Of a stretch of 64,000 nt of DNA, positions 12,416-21,603 are shown in pieces. Below the pieces are notes generated by a model. The model saw only the letters and a program-made list of their open reading frames with translations, was not told the origin of the DNA and did not search any database. The stretch is taken from assembly GCA_963737655.1 (NCBI GenBank), contig CAVTTN010000002.1, positions 1,696,001 through 1,760,000 on the forward strand, read 5' to 3'. Numbering within the stretch: the stretch's first letter is position 1; every line of letters begins with the position of its first letter. This stretch comes from an uncultured Planctomycetota bacterium (GTDB lineage: Bacteria; Planctomycetota; Planctomycetia; Isosphaerales; Isosphaeraceae). Position numbers and translations under genes: made by a program.

Positions 12416-12931
12416 ATGGGACCGGAGCTCATCTGGCCTCTGATCTGCCTGGCGCTGGGGCTGATCCTGCTGATGGCCGAGGTGTTCGTGCCGTCGGGCG
12501 GCCTGATCGGCCTCCTGGCCGTGGGTTTGCTGGGCGTGAGCCTCTACCTGGCGTTCACGACCACCACCCACGGGCTGAAGTTCGTCTTCGGGCTGGCCGT
12601 GCTGCTCCCCTTGAGCCTGGCCGCCGCCGTGAATCTGTGGCCGAGGTCTCCGATGGCGAAGTACATCTTCCTGACGCCGCCCCGGCCCGAGGAATTCGCC
12701 CCCGAGGCCCCCCGGGGGCTCGTCCTGGAGCACCTGATCGGCCAGTTCGGCCGGGCCCTGACCCCCTTGCGGCCCTCGGGACTCGTCGATTTCGAGGGGA
12801 AACGGCTCGACGGGATCTCCGAGGAAGGCCTGATCCCCGCCGGCGCGCTGGTCCGCGCCATCCAGATCCGCAGCGGACAGATCATCGTCCGCGCCGCCAG
12901 CGAGAAGACCCTGGAAGAATTCCTTTCCTGA
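12416..12931 (+). CDS. NfeD-family membrane protein
   Basis: AEVFVPSGG transmembrane segments followed by G..LTPLRPSG OB-fold. Confidence 0.88.
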   Translation: MGPELIWPLICLALGLILLMAEVFVPSGGLIGLLAVGLLGVSLYLAFTTTTHGLKFVFGLAVLLPLSLAAAVNLWPRSPMAKYIFLTPPRPEEFAPEAPRGLVLEHLIGQFGRALTPLRPSGLVDFEGKRLDGISEEGLIPAGALVRAIQIRSGQIIVRAASEKTLEEFLS

Positions 12932-12937
12932 ATCTCC

Positions 12938-13128
12938 GGAGATTGAACCGCCAAGGCACAAGATCGCCAAGGACAGAGGAGAAGAGAGGAGACGAGAAGA
13001 GGAGAAGAGGACAAACGAAACAAGTTCAAAAGGCCCTGTGTTCCTCGTTTTCTCTCGTCTCTACTCCTTTGCTCTCCTCTCCTCTCCTCTGTCCTTGGCG
13101 CTCTTGGCGTCTTGGCGGTTCAATCTCC
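12938..13128. repeat. Long hairpin/MITE-like element with purine-rich and pyrimidine-rich arms
   Basis: Perfect 18-bp IR GGAGATTGAACCGCCAAG / CTTGGCGGTTCAATCTCC; GAGAAGAG vs CTCTCCTC arms. Confidence 0.8.
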
Positions 13129-13506
13129 CCCCAGCCCCCGGCGGATCGCGTCGAGGAAGGCGGGTCGTCCGAGGTCGGACTTGCCGAATCCGTCCAGGGC
13201 GCCGAGGGACCGGGCCTGGGCCTGGGCGTCGGCGAAGTTGCTGACGAGCACCACGGCCGGGGCGGCGGATGCGGATCCGGCTCGGGCCTTGAGGGCCCGG
13301 ATCAGGTCCAGGCCCGGGGCGCCGTCGGCGTCGCCGACTCGGTTGACCAGGACGAGGTCGAAGGCGGACTCGTCCAGGGCGTCGAGGGCCTCGGCGTGGG
13401 TGTCGGCGGCGACGACCTCGGCGTCGAAGTTCTGGGAGAGCTGGCGGGTGATCTGGCCGTGGTCGTAGCCGCACTGGCCGACGCTGAGGATTCTCGGGCG
13501 GGGCAC
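13120..13506 (-). CDS. Single-domain receiver-like (atypical response regulator) protein
   Basis: CheY-like pattern FDLVLVN..GLDLIRAL..VVLVS..LGA..GK. Confidence 0.8.
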   Translation of the reverse strand: MPRPRILSVGQCGYDHGQITRQLSQNFDAEVVAADTHAEALDALDESAFDLVLVNRVGDADGAPGLDLIRALKARAGSASAAPAVVLVSNFADAQAQARSLGALDGFGKSDLGRPAFLDAIRRGLGGD

Positions 13507-13591
13507 GGGGAGGGACTCCGAGGGGGGCGGCCGGCGCCGATCGCGCCGGCCGCCCCTCCACTCTATCGCCTCGGAGGCGACCGCCTCAAGC

Positions 13592-15448
13592 TCAGGAGCG
13601 GGCCGCCCGGGCCATCCCCGGCCGGCTCAGGCCCCCGGTCAGGGGCCGGACCCGGGGCGAGGCGGGGGAGCCGTCGGCAACCACCACCGAGGCCCTCTTG
13701 CCGATCGAGACGGTCTGGCCGACGTTCTGCGCGACGTTCCGCCTCGGGATCGAGACGGTCAGCGGGGAGGCGTTGGTCCCCACATGGCCGGTCTGGGTCG
13801 CCGCCGCGGCGCCGACCCCGGCGGGAAGGTTGGTGGTCGCCGTGGCGGCTTCGGCGACGGAGGAGGCGTCCTGGGCCTTCCTGGCGGCCCGGGTCTTGAC
13901 CTTCACCGTGGGGCGATCGGTCGAGGCGAACGAGGCCGATCCGTCAGTCGTCGCCGCGTGGAGGGCCTGGTCGTGGTGGTTGGCCACGTAGTGCTTCTGC
14001 GAGGGGGTCAGCGGCGGATTGGTCGAGCTGAACCCCTCTCGGGCCTGCCGGGCGTCCCGGGCCTTGATTTCCGCGGGGGAGTAGTACGAATCGTTGCGGT
14101 TGAAGATCTGGTAGGTGCTCTGGAACATCCTCCCGTCGGTGGTCTCGCCGGTCACGACGGCGTTGGTGATCCCTCGGGGCAGGGTGATATCACTGCCCCG
14201 GAAGATGAAGGTGCGGTCGAGGTAGCCGTCGCGGTTGATGTGTCGCTCGAAGTTGTAGATCTGGTCGGCGCCGCCCAGCTCGACCGACTCGGGGATGATC
14301 CTGTCCACGGGAAACCCGGCCGATCCCAGGATGTTCACGCGGACGTCCGTCGGGTGCGCCGTGTTCACGTGCCGGTGCAGGTGAGGATTGATCAGGATCG
14401 GCGGCTCCGCCGGGGGGCACACCATGGGGGGCGGCGGAGGGGGCGGCGGCGGCGGCGGAGGGGGCGGCGGCGGCGGCGGAGGAGGCGGAGGCGGCGGCGG
14501 AGGAGGCGGCGGGGGAGGGGGGGGCGGAGGCGGCGGCGGGGGCGGCGGGGGCGTGGGGACCACTCCGAAGGTCACGTCCTGGGACCCGAAGAACGCCTCG
14601 CTGATCCCGTCGTCGTCGTTGGAGGTGCCGAAGGCCCCCACTCCGATCTTGGAATCGGTCTGGAGCTGGTTGCCGGTCTCGGCCAGATAGAGCTTGGAGA
14701 AGTTGGTGATCTGGAATTCGAAGCTGGGCTTGGTGGGGTCGTTGGTGAGGAACGAGGCCCCGGTGTTGTCGAGCAGTTGAGTGCCGAAGTGGGGGATGGT
14801 CTCGGCGGCGATGGTGGGATCGCTATTGACGACGGCGTCGGCGACCTGATAAGACTTCAGCCCTGGATTGGTGGCCGCGTCGGTGGTGGCGGGGCTGGCG
14901 ATCCCCGCGACGACGGTGGGTACGTTGTCGCCCTTGAGGTCAAGGAAGACCCCCATGCTCTCCGAACCGCCCAGGTATGGGAAGTCCATGAAGGTGGGGC
15001 GGAGCGCCTGGACGGCCGGGCTGACGGTGCCGCCGTCGCCGTTGTTGTCGGTGTCGCCGGCCAGGACGGGGAAGCCCGCCCGGGGGTCTCCGGCCGCGGC
15101 CTGGTTGTCCGGTTGCTGGATGGCGATGCTCAACACGTCGTCCGACGGCGTGTACTGGAGCCGGATGCCGTTGATGGTCAGGCCCGAGACCTTGATCAAG
15201 GGCTGGAGATCGGTGGGGATGCCGGCGGGGCGGACCGTGCCGTTTCCGGGGTCCTGGAGGATCGCGACGCCCGGGCCGGATGGGCCGGGAATGTCTTTTG
15301 TAGCGTTTCCGGTGAAGGTGACGCTCAGGAGCTGCCGATGATCGAGGCATTCCAGCGCGATGTCGGTCCGGCGTGGTGGCTTCGGTCCGCCGCGTCGGCG
15401 CCGCCACGCTTGGACGGCCTTGCTCAGGAGTGATTGGAACGAGAACAT
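13592..15448 (-). CDS. Planctomycete extracellular protein with a 42-residue polyproline linker
   Basis: RR-rich N-terminus and LECLDHRQLLS motif; RBS AGAAAGGA; poly-Pro tract. Confidence 0.85.
   Translation of the reverse strand: MFSFQSLLSKAVQAWRRRRGGPKPPRRTDIALECLDHRQLLSVTFTGNATKDIPGPSGPGVAILQDPGNGTVRPAGIPTDLQPLIKVSGLTINGIRLQYTPSDDVLSIAIQQPDNQAAAGDPRAGFPVLAGDTDNNGDGGTVSPAVQALRPTFMDFPYLGGSESMGVFLDLKGDNVPTVVAGIASPATTDAATNPGLKSYQVADAVVNSDPTIAAETIPHFGTQLLDNTGASFLTNDPTKPSFEFQITNFSKLYLAETGNQLQTDSKIGVGAFGTSNDDDGISEAFFGSQDVTFGVVPTPPPPPPPPPPPPPPPPPPPPPPPPPPPPPPPPPPPPPPPPPPMVCPPAEPPILINPHLHRHVNTAHPTDVRVNILGSAGFPVDRIIPESVELGGADQIYNFERHINRDGYLDRTFIFRGSDITLPRGITNAVVTGETTDGRMFQSTYQIFNRNDSYYSPAEIKARDARQAREGFSSTNPPLTPSQKHYVANHHDQALHAATTDGSASFASTDRPTVKVKTRAARKAQDASSVAEAATATTNLPAGVGAAAATQTGHVGTNASPLTVSIPRRNVAQNVGQTVSIGKRASVVVADGSPASPRVRPLTGGLSRPGMARAARS
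14427..14552 (-). repeat. Polyproline-coding tract of 42 CCN codons
   Basis: (GGN)42 on the plus strand. Confidence 0.95.
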
Positions 15449-15677
15449 CGCGCCATCGTCCTTTCTGGCGGGTTGGCGGGCCCCTCGGGGCCGATCACCC
15501 AACGGGAGGGGCCTCGGGAGGCGGGGCGGAGGATCCGCCCCGGACCGTGAGGACCGGCGGTGTAAGGATCGACCACTCGGGACCGCTCAACGGCGACCCC
15601 GCGGGACAAGACCGCGACGCGTCGTCGATCGGCCGGGCCACCGGAAACTGGGAACTCTTCGCGGAAGGAGACGCGTC

Positions 15678-16553
15678 ATGGTTCGCCGCAGATTGCTGAT
15701 CGGGGCCGCGCTGGCCTTGGGCCTCGCGGGGGCACGGCCCGCGACGGCCGGCCCCATCTCGTTTACCGGGAACGTCGAGACGGACATGGCGTCCTCGACA
15801 CCCGGCGTCGTCACGATCGTCAACCATCCCTACCCCGGCACGAGCATCAGCAACCCGAACACTGTGTACCAGGCGCAGTGGATGACCGACCGGGGTTGGA
15901 TCAACGGCTGGGATATCAAGGACATCCGAGCCAGCTACGACGCCGCCACCGATAGCCTCCAGATCGGCGTGAACTTCTTCGGGATCGCCGGCGACGTGGA
16001 CGGCAACGGCACGCCCGGCGTCGCCGACCCGCAGCTGACCAAGGATGGCGGCCACGAGTGGGCCCACCTCGGCCAGGGGACCTCCAGCGACGCCTCGATC
16101 ACCGTCGGGATCGACCTGGCCAACTCGGGCAAGCCGACGATCGTCGCCGGCATCGCCGCCGACAAATCGATCACCGGCCCGGGGATCGACGGCTTCACCG
16201 TCAACTACGCCAAGAACAGCTCCGGGGGCCTGAGCACGGCCTACGGCGCCTCGCTGAATGACCACAACGGCGGCCTGGCCTTCGATCCCTCGGCCGCCCA
16301 CCCGGACTTCGAGTTCACCATCACCGGCCTGAGCAAGATCCCCGGGTTCGACCCCAAGAACGGCATCGGCCTGTCGGCCTTCGCCGGCGCCAGCGACGAC
16401 GTGGACGTGGGCGAGGACTCGCTGCCCCTGACCCACATTTCGTTCGAGCAGATCCCCGAGCCGGCGACGATGCTCGCCTGGGGCCTGGTCGCCGGGGGCG
16501 CGGCCTGGCGAGGGGCCCGGGGGCGTCGCCGCCTTCGGCCCGATCCCGCCTGA
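15678..16553 (+). CDS. PEP-CTERM surface protein
   Basis: Sec signal peptide; C-terminal IPEPATMLAWGL, transmembrane segment and basic tail. Confidence 0.9.
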   Translation: MVRRRLLIGAALALGLAGARPATAGPISFTGNVETDMASSTPGVVTIVNHPYPGTSISNPNTVYQAQWMTDRGWINGWDIKDIRASYDAATDSLQIGVNFFGIAGDVDGNGTPGVADPQLTKDGGHEWAHLGQGTSSDASITVGIDLANSGKPTIVAGIAADKSITGPGIDGFTVNYAKNSSGGLSTAYGASLNDHNGGLAFDPSAAHPDFEFTITGLSKIPGFDPKNGIGLSAFAGASDDVDVGEDSLPLTHISFEQIPEPATMLAWGLVAGGAAWRGARGRRRLRPDPA

Positions 16554-16892
16554 GTCGTCCCGCGCGATCCGTCGCAACATCATCGCCCAATCGCCCTCCC
16601 GGCGCGAGGCGGAGGCCCGATCCGTCGGGCATCCGCCTCTTCTTTTCGGCCCGGGACGGGCCCCGAGTCCCGGCGATTCGCCGCCGACGCCGCCCCGCGA
16701 TCGCCCCGGCCGTCACAGGCGGCATCCCTTACCAGGCGGGCCGCCGCGGCCCCCGCATCGGGGGCGAGATCGCCCGGATCGGGGCCTCGACGCCCCTTGA
16801 GGGGACCGGGCCCGCCGGTTACCCTGGCCGGAGGAGGGGCGACGCCTCGCCGCCCCGCTTCGGCGACCGATCGACCGTGGAGCCCGCCTCCC

Positions 16893-17462
16893 ATGAGCCG
16901 CACCCTCTTGTCGCTCGCGGCCCTCGCCCTGATCGGGGCCTCACCTCGCGGCGACGATCCCCCGGCACCGAAGCTGGCCATGACCCCGGCCATCCCCTGC
17001 GTCTCGATCGCCGGGTTCGAGGACTTCGTCCCCCTGGACGAGGTGGTCCTGACCCGCGACGAGAAGCTCCTCCTCTATTACAAGCCCCGGAATTATCGCC
17101 ACGAGGTCGTGGGCAAGGAGTACCGCGTCCACCTCGTCGAGGACGCGAGAATCCGCCGCAAAGGGGAGAAGGCCGTGATCCAGAGCAAGGACAAGCTCCT
17201 GGAATACAAGGGCAAGAGCAAGCAATTCCCGGCCAACGTCTACCTGACCAACTCGATCTCGCTGAAGCCCCTGCCGCCGGGCGAGTACGACCTGGAGATC
17301 ATCCTCCGGGACGAGATCGGCAAGGGGCCCCCGGCGACCCAGACCGTCCGGTTCCGGGTCAAGGCGGCCCCGGCCGCGGGCTCCCCGGCCGAGTCGAAAG
17401 ACAAGGCCACGGAGAAAGCCAAGGGGAAGGATCCCGAGGCCGACCCGGGCCGGGACCGCTGA
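16893..17462 (+). CDS. Hypothetical secreted beta-sandwich protein
   Basis: Signal peptide; LPPGEYDLEIILRDEIG. Confidence 0.8.
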   Translation: MSRTLLSLAALALIGASPRGDDPPAPKLAMTPAIPCVSIAGFEDFVPLDEVVLTRDEKLLLYYKPRNYRHEVVGKEYRVHLVEDARIRRKGEKAVIQSKDKLLEYKGKSKQFPANVYLTNSISLKPLPPGEYDLEIILRDEIGKGPPATQTVRFRVKAAPAAGSPAESKDKATEKAKGKDPEADPGRDR

Positions 17463-17638
17463 GCCCGCGCCCCGCCCCGGGGCCCGGCCGTCGCAAAATA
17501 TCTTGAAATTCATATATTTGAGTATCGATAACCTGTTGAATTTCAGGGCCGTTCCTGGTCCAATGCTCGGGCGGGCGAGATCGCGAGACGGCGGCCGGCT
17601 GGGGCCTCGACGACGATCGCCCCGGGGGCCAGAGCATC

Positions 17639-19171
17639 ATGAGGGCGGACGAGGCGGCCGATCCGGGCGGGGATCGGCGCGAGGGTGAAAGCCACGACCG
17701 AGCGGGCGGCGGCGACGCGCTGAGGAGGTCCGAGGCGCTGCTCCGCGCGGTCTTCGAGAGGGCGCTGGACGCCCTGATCCTCGCCGACGACCGGGGCGTG
17801 TACCTCGACGCCAACCCCGCCGCCGCCTCGCTGTTCGGCCTGCCCCGGGAGGCCCTCCTGGGCAAGACGATCGCCGAATTCGCCGGCCCGGACTTCGACG
17901 TCCCGGCGGCCTGGGACGCCTTCCGACGCGAGGGGACCGCCCGGGGGGAATTCCGCCTGTTCCGCCCCGACGGCTCGATCCGCGAGACCGAGTACGCCGC
18001 CTCGACCGACGTCGTGCCCGGCCTCCACCTCTGGGCCGTCCGCGACGTGACCCAGAGGGTCCGGGCCGAGGACGCCCTCCGGAGCAGCGAGGGGCGGTTC
18101 CGCCGGGTCCTGGAGAGTTCCCGCGACGTCATCTATCAGCTCAACCTGACGGAGCGGACCTACGACTACGTCAGCCCGTCGATCCGGGACGTCCTGGGGA
18201 TCGACCCGGAGGAGGTGGCGGCCGGGGGGCTGGCCGGGATCCTCCAACGGGTCCACCCCGAGGACCTCCGCCAGCTCCGGGACGTGGTGGACCGGCTGAT
18301 GGTCCCGCGTCCCGAGCTCGATTACGGGCCGATCATGGAATATCGCGCGCTCGTCCCGGGCAAGGGCTGGCGGTGGATCAGCGACAACGGGGCGGCGATC
18401 CGCGACGCCGGCGGGATGCCCGTGGCGATCGTCGGCAACGTCCGCGACGTGACCGAGGAGAAGCTCGCCGCCGACCGGCTCCGCGACCTCTCCCGTCGCC
18501 TGCTCCGGGCCGAGGAGGAAAGCCGCCGGCACCTCGCCCGCGAGCTCCACGACGAGATCGGCCAGGCGCTGATGGCCATCAAGCTGAACGTCCGCGCGGC
18601 CCTGAGGGACCCGGCCGGGCCGGGGTCGGCCCGGGGTCTGGCCGAGGTCCTCGCCCTGGTCGATCGCACGATCGCCCAGGTCCGGGACATCTCGCTGGAC
18701 CTCCGCCCGTCGATGCTCGACGACCTCGGCCTGGTCGATGCCCTGCGGTCCCACGTCCGGGGCTTCGCCCAGAGGTCGGGCCTGGACGCCCGGTTCTCGG
18801 CCGAGGGGGGCATCGGCCGGCACGAGCCCGACGTCGAGACGGCCTGCTACCGGATCGTCCAGGAGGCGCTCACCAACGTCGCCCGGCACGCCTCGGCCCG
18901 GTCGGTCCGCGTCGAGCTGTCCCGGGCCGGCGAGCGGCTCCTCCTGGTCGTGGCCGACGACGGCGACGGGTTCGACGTCCCCTCGGCCACGGCGCGAGCC
19001 ACCGGCGGGGAGAGCCTCGGCCTCCTGGGGATGGGGGAACGGGCCATGCTCGTCGGGGGGACCCTGGCGATCGTGTCGACGGCGGGCCGGGGGACCGAGC
19101 TCGTCGCCGAGTTCCCGATCGGGTCGGTTCCCCCCGCCCGGATCCCCTCGGAGGGCCCGCCGTGGACGTGA
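17639..19171 (+). CDS. PAS-PAS sensor histidine kinase (HisKA_3, NarX/UhpB type)
   Basis: Two PAS domains; ARELHDEIGQ; QEALTNVARH; DDGDGF. Confidence 0.93.
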   Translation: MRADEAADPGGDRREGESHDRAGGGDALRRSEALLRAVFERALDALILADDRGVYLDANPAAASLFGLPREALLGKTIAEFAGPDFDVPAAWDAFRREGTARGEFRLFRPDGSIRETEYAASTDVVPGLHLWAVRDVTQRVRAEDALRSSEGRFRRVLESSRDVIYQLNLTERTYDYVSPSIRDVLGIDPEEVAAGGLAGILQRVHPEDLRQLRDVVDRLMVPRPELDYGPIMEYRALVPGKGWRWISDNGAAIRDAGGMPVAIVGNVRDVTEEKLAADRLRDLSRRLLRAEEESRRHLARELHDEIGQALMAIKLNVRAALRDPAGPGSARGLAEVLALVDRTIAQVRDISLDLRPSMLDDLGLVDALRSHVRGFAQRSGLDARFSAEGGIGRHEPDVETACYRIVQEALTNVARHASARSVRVELSRAGERLLLVVADDGDGFDVPSATARATGGESLGLLGMGERAMLVGGTLAIVSTAGRGTELVAEFPIGSVPPARIPSEGPPWT

Positions 19172-19815
19172 TCCGGGTCCTCCTGGCCGATGACCACACC
19201 CTGCTCCGAGCGGGCGTTCGTGCGCTGCTGGAGGACCTGCCGGGCGTGGAGGTCGTCGCCGAGGCGGCCGACGGCCCGGAGGCCCTGGCCCGAGCGATCG
19301 AGCTTCGCCCCGACGTCGCCCTGCTCGACATCGCCATGCCCGGCCTCTCCGGCCTGGACGTCGCCGCCCGGCTCGCCCGGGACTGCCCCGAGGTCCGCAT
19401 CCTGATCCTCTCCATGCACAAGGATGAGGCCTACGTCCGCCGGGCCATCCTGGCCGGGGCCGCCGGATACCTCCTGAAGGATGCCGACACCGGCGAGCTC
19501 GGCCTGGCCCTGCTCGCCGCCGCCCGGGGCGAGACCTATCTCAGCCCCGCCGTGACCACCCACCTCGTCGCCGATTACCGCCGGCAGGCCGCCGCCGAGC
19601 CCGGCCCCTCCGACGGCCTGACCGCCCGGCAACGCGAGGTCCTCCGCCTCGTCGCCCAGGGCCGGACGACCAAGGCCATCGCCCGGACCCTGGGCATCAG
19701 CGCCAAGACCGTCGAGTCCCACCGGGCCGTCCTGATGGAGCGCCTGGGCATCCACGACGTCCCCGGGCTCGTCCGCTTCGCCCTCCGAGTCGGCCTGATC
19801 CACTCCGAGGACTGA
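19162..19815 (+). CDS. NarL/LuxR-family response regulator
   Basis: LADDH, LLDIAMP, LTARQREVL..KTVESHR. Confidence 0.93.
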   Translation: MDVIRVLLADDHTLLRAGVRALLEDLPGVEVVAEAADGPEALARAIELRPDVALLDIAMPGLSGLDVAARLARDCPEVRILILSMHKDEAYVRRAILAGAAGYLLKDADTGELGLALLAAARGETYLSPAVTTHLVADYRRQAAAEPGPSDGLTARQREVLRLVAQGRTTKAIARTLGISAKTVESHRAVLMERLGIHDVPGLVRFALRVGLIHSED

Positions 19816-19821
19816 AAAGGC

Positions 19822-20508
19822 TCACTTGCCCGGGGGGGCCAGCGAATTCCGCTTCACCTCGGCGAGCTTCGCCTCCAGGCGCCCGACCAGGGCCGTCAAC
19901 CGGCGGTCCAGCGCGGCGCGGTCGGCGTCGGTGGCCGAGGGGATCGCCTCCAGGATCGCGTCGGCCTCCTTCTGGCCGTCGGCCAGCGTCTTGCTGAGGT
20001 CGGCCATCAGCTTCATCGACTCGGTGCGATTGGGCCGGAGCTTCGGGGCCGGATTGACCGGCGGGGTCGGCGCGGCCTCGGGGCCGTTCAGGCCGGACTT
20101 GTCCTCGGCGAACTTCATCGCGTCGGTCTTGAACAAATTCGGCCCGGTCGGGCTCGCGGCGAACTTGTACGCCTTCTGATACGCCTCCAGGACCCTGGCG
20201 CCGTCCCTCCTCTTCGCCATCCGATCGGCCAGCTTCATGGCGTCGGCGCGGAAGAGGTTGGGGCCGTCGGGCGTGGTCGCATACTTGTAGGCGCCTTGAT
20301 AGACCTCCAGGGCCCGGGCCCCGTCGGGCCGGGCGGACATCTCCTCGGCGAACTTCATGGCGTCGGTCTTGAACTGGTTCGGGCCGTCGGGCGCCTGGGC
20401 GTACTGGAACGCCTTCTGATAGACCGAGAGGTCCCCCTGGCCCCTCGCCACGGCCCAGACCAGGCCCAACCCCACGGCCGAGACCGCCAGCACTCGTCGA
20501 TGAGCCAT
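19822..20508 (-). CDS. Secreted protein with three ~40-aa helical repeats
   Basis: Signal peptide; YQxAxxYA..PxGPNxF..DAM repeated three times. Confidence 0.8.
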   Translation of the reverse strand: MAHRRVLAVSAVGLGLVWAVARGQGDLSVYQKAFQYAQAPDGPNQFKTDAMKFAEEMSARPDGARALEVYQGAYKYATTPDGPNLFRADAMKLADRMAKRRDGARVLEAYQKAYKFAASPTGPNLFKTDAMKFAEDKSGLNGPEAAPTPPVNPAPKLRPNRTESMKLMADLSKTLADGQKEADAILEAIPSATDADRAALDRRLTALVGRLEAKLAEVKRNSLAPPGK

Positions 20509-20632
20509 CGTCGCCTCCCCGTCGCGAGAAGAACGGGCCCGCCCGTCGGGAGCCCGGGGATAGCTTCGCTCGGGAGCCGCGATCCTTGAAGGGCCCGGCG
20601 ACGAAAATTGCACGATCCCGAGGCGCCCTCCG

Positions 20633-20710
20633 GCGAATCTCGTAGGGCAGGCCTCGGCCTGCCGTCGCCGGGCCGAAGCGGCAGGCCGAGGCCTGCCCTA
20701 CGAGATTCGC
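20633..20710. repeat. GTAG REP-B inverted doublet
   Basis: GTAGGGCAGGCCTCGGCCTGCC ... GGCAGGCCGAGGCCTGCCCTAC with complementary flanks GCGAATCTC/GAGATTCGC. Confidence 0.85.
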
Positions 20711-21603
20711 TCGGGACCGGCGTCGAGCCGATCGCTCCCGGCCCTGACCCGTCCCTCGCGAGTGGCGAAGAACGCCCGGCCCGCCAATCCGCCGAGGGCC
20801 GCCGCGATCAGGGCCCAGAGGCAATGGCCGATCTTTCGGAACGGGATCAGGGGGTCTTCATCCTCGGAGATCAGCGAGGTCGAGGACGTCGCCGTGATCA
20901 CGAGCAACCCGTCCCGGACCCGATAGGTCAGGTCCAGCTGCTTCAGGAGCAGCTTCAGCGATTTCTTCAGCGGGACGCCGTCGAGCTTCAAGGTGATCGG
21001 CGAGGCCATCGATTGCTGGGCCTCCCGGAGGCCGACCGGATCGACGAAGATCGGCAGGCCCTGGGGCATGTCCGCGCCGGTCGTGGCCGTCTTGATGGAC
21101 TGGAGGACCTGCGCCAGGGGAGTCTCCTGGTCGAACGGCATCGGCACTTGCTCTTCAAGTTTCCGCAGGACGGCCCGGCTCGAAGCGTCGCCTCCGGACG
21201 GATCGAGGAGACCTCGGGGCATGGTCCCCCGCTGGTAGGCGTGGAGGCTCGGCTCGATCATGTCGAGGATCTCCGTCGTGATCAGGGTCGGATGCTCGGT
21301 GGACTCGAAGACCGCCCCGCCCTGCTTCGTGACCCGGAACACTCGGTGATCGACGGGCCTCCAGAACCACTCGGCGCTCATGGCGAGGTAGCCCGACCCC
21401 ATCAGGGCGAACCCCACCCAGAACGCCCGCCGCGCCCCTCGCCGATAGACGATGCCCAGGACCGCCGACGCGAGGAGGGCCAGCGTGAGCACCCAAACCA
21501 GCCCGGCCCACCCCTCCGAGGCGAACCTCAGCGACACGAACCCGACCGCCACGAAGAACACCAGGGCCATCAGCCCCCGGATCGACACGCGGAACGGGCT
21601 CAT
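20698..21603 (-). CDS. Membrane protein with periplasmic STN/secretin-N-like domain (paralog 1)
   Basis: RVSIRGLM start, three TMs, ETPL..IFVDPVGL..GVPL..LDLTYRVRDGLLVIT, C-terminal TM. Confidence 0.8.
   Translation of the reverse strand: MSPFRVSIRGLMALVFFVAVGFVSLRFASEGWAGLVWVLTLALLASAVLGIVYRRGARRAFWVGFALMGSGYLAMSAEWFWRPVDHRVFRVTKQGGAVFESTEHPTLITTEILDMIEPSLHAYQRGTMPRGLLDPSGGDASSRAVLRKLEEQVPMPFDQETPLAQVLQSIKTATTGADMPQGLPIFVDPVGLREAQQSMASPITLKLDGVPLKKSLKLLLKQLDLTYRVRDGLLVITATSSTSLISEDEDPLIPFRKIGHCLWALIAAALGGLAGRAFFATREGRVRAGSDRLDAGPERIS

Noticed and set aside
17495..17545. AT-rich patches (also 48437-48510 and 56325-56372) as a distinct element family
   Set aside because: No shared sequence could be established by eye; probably promoter-region DNA
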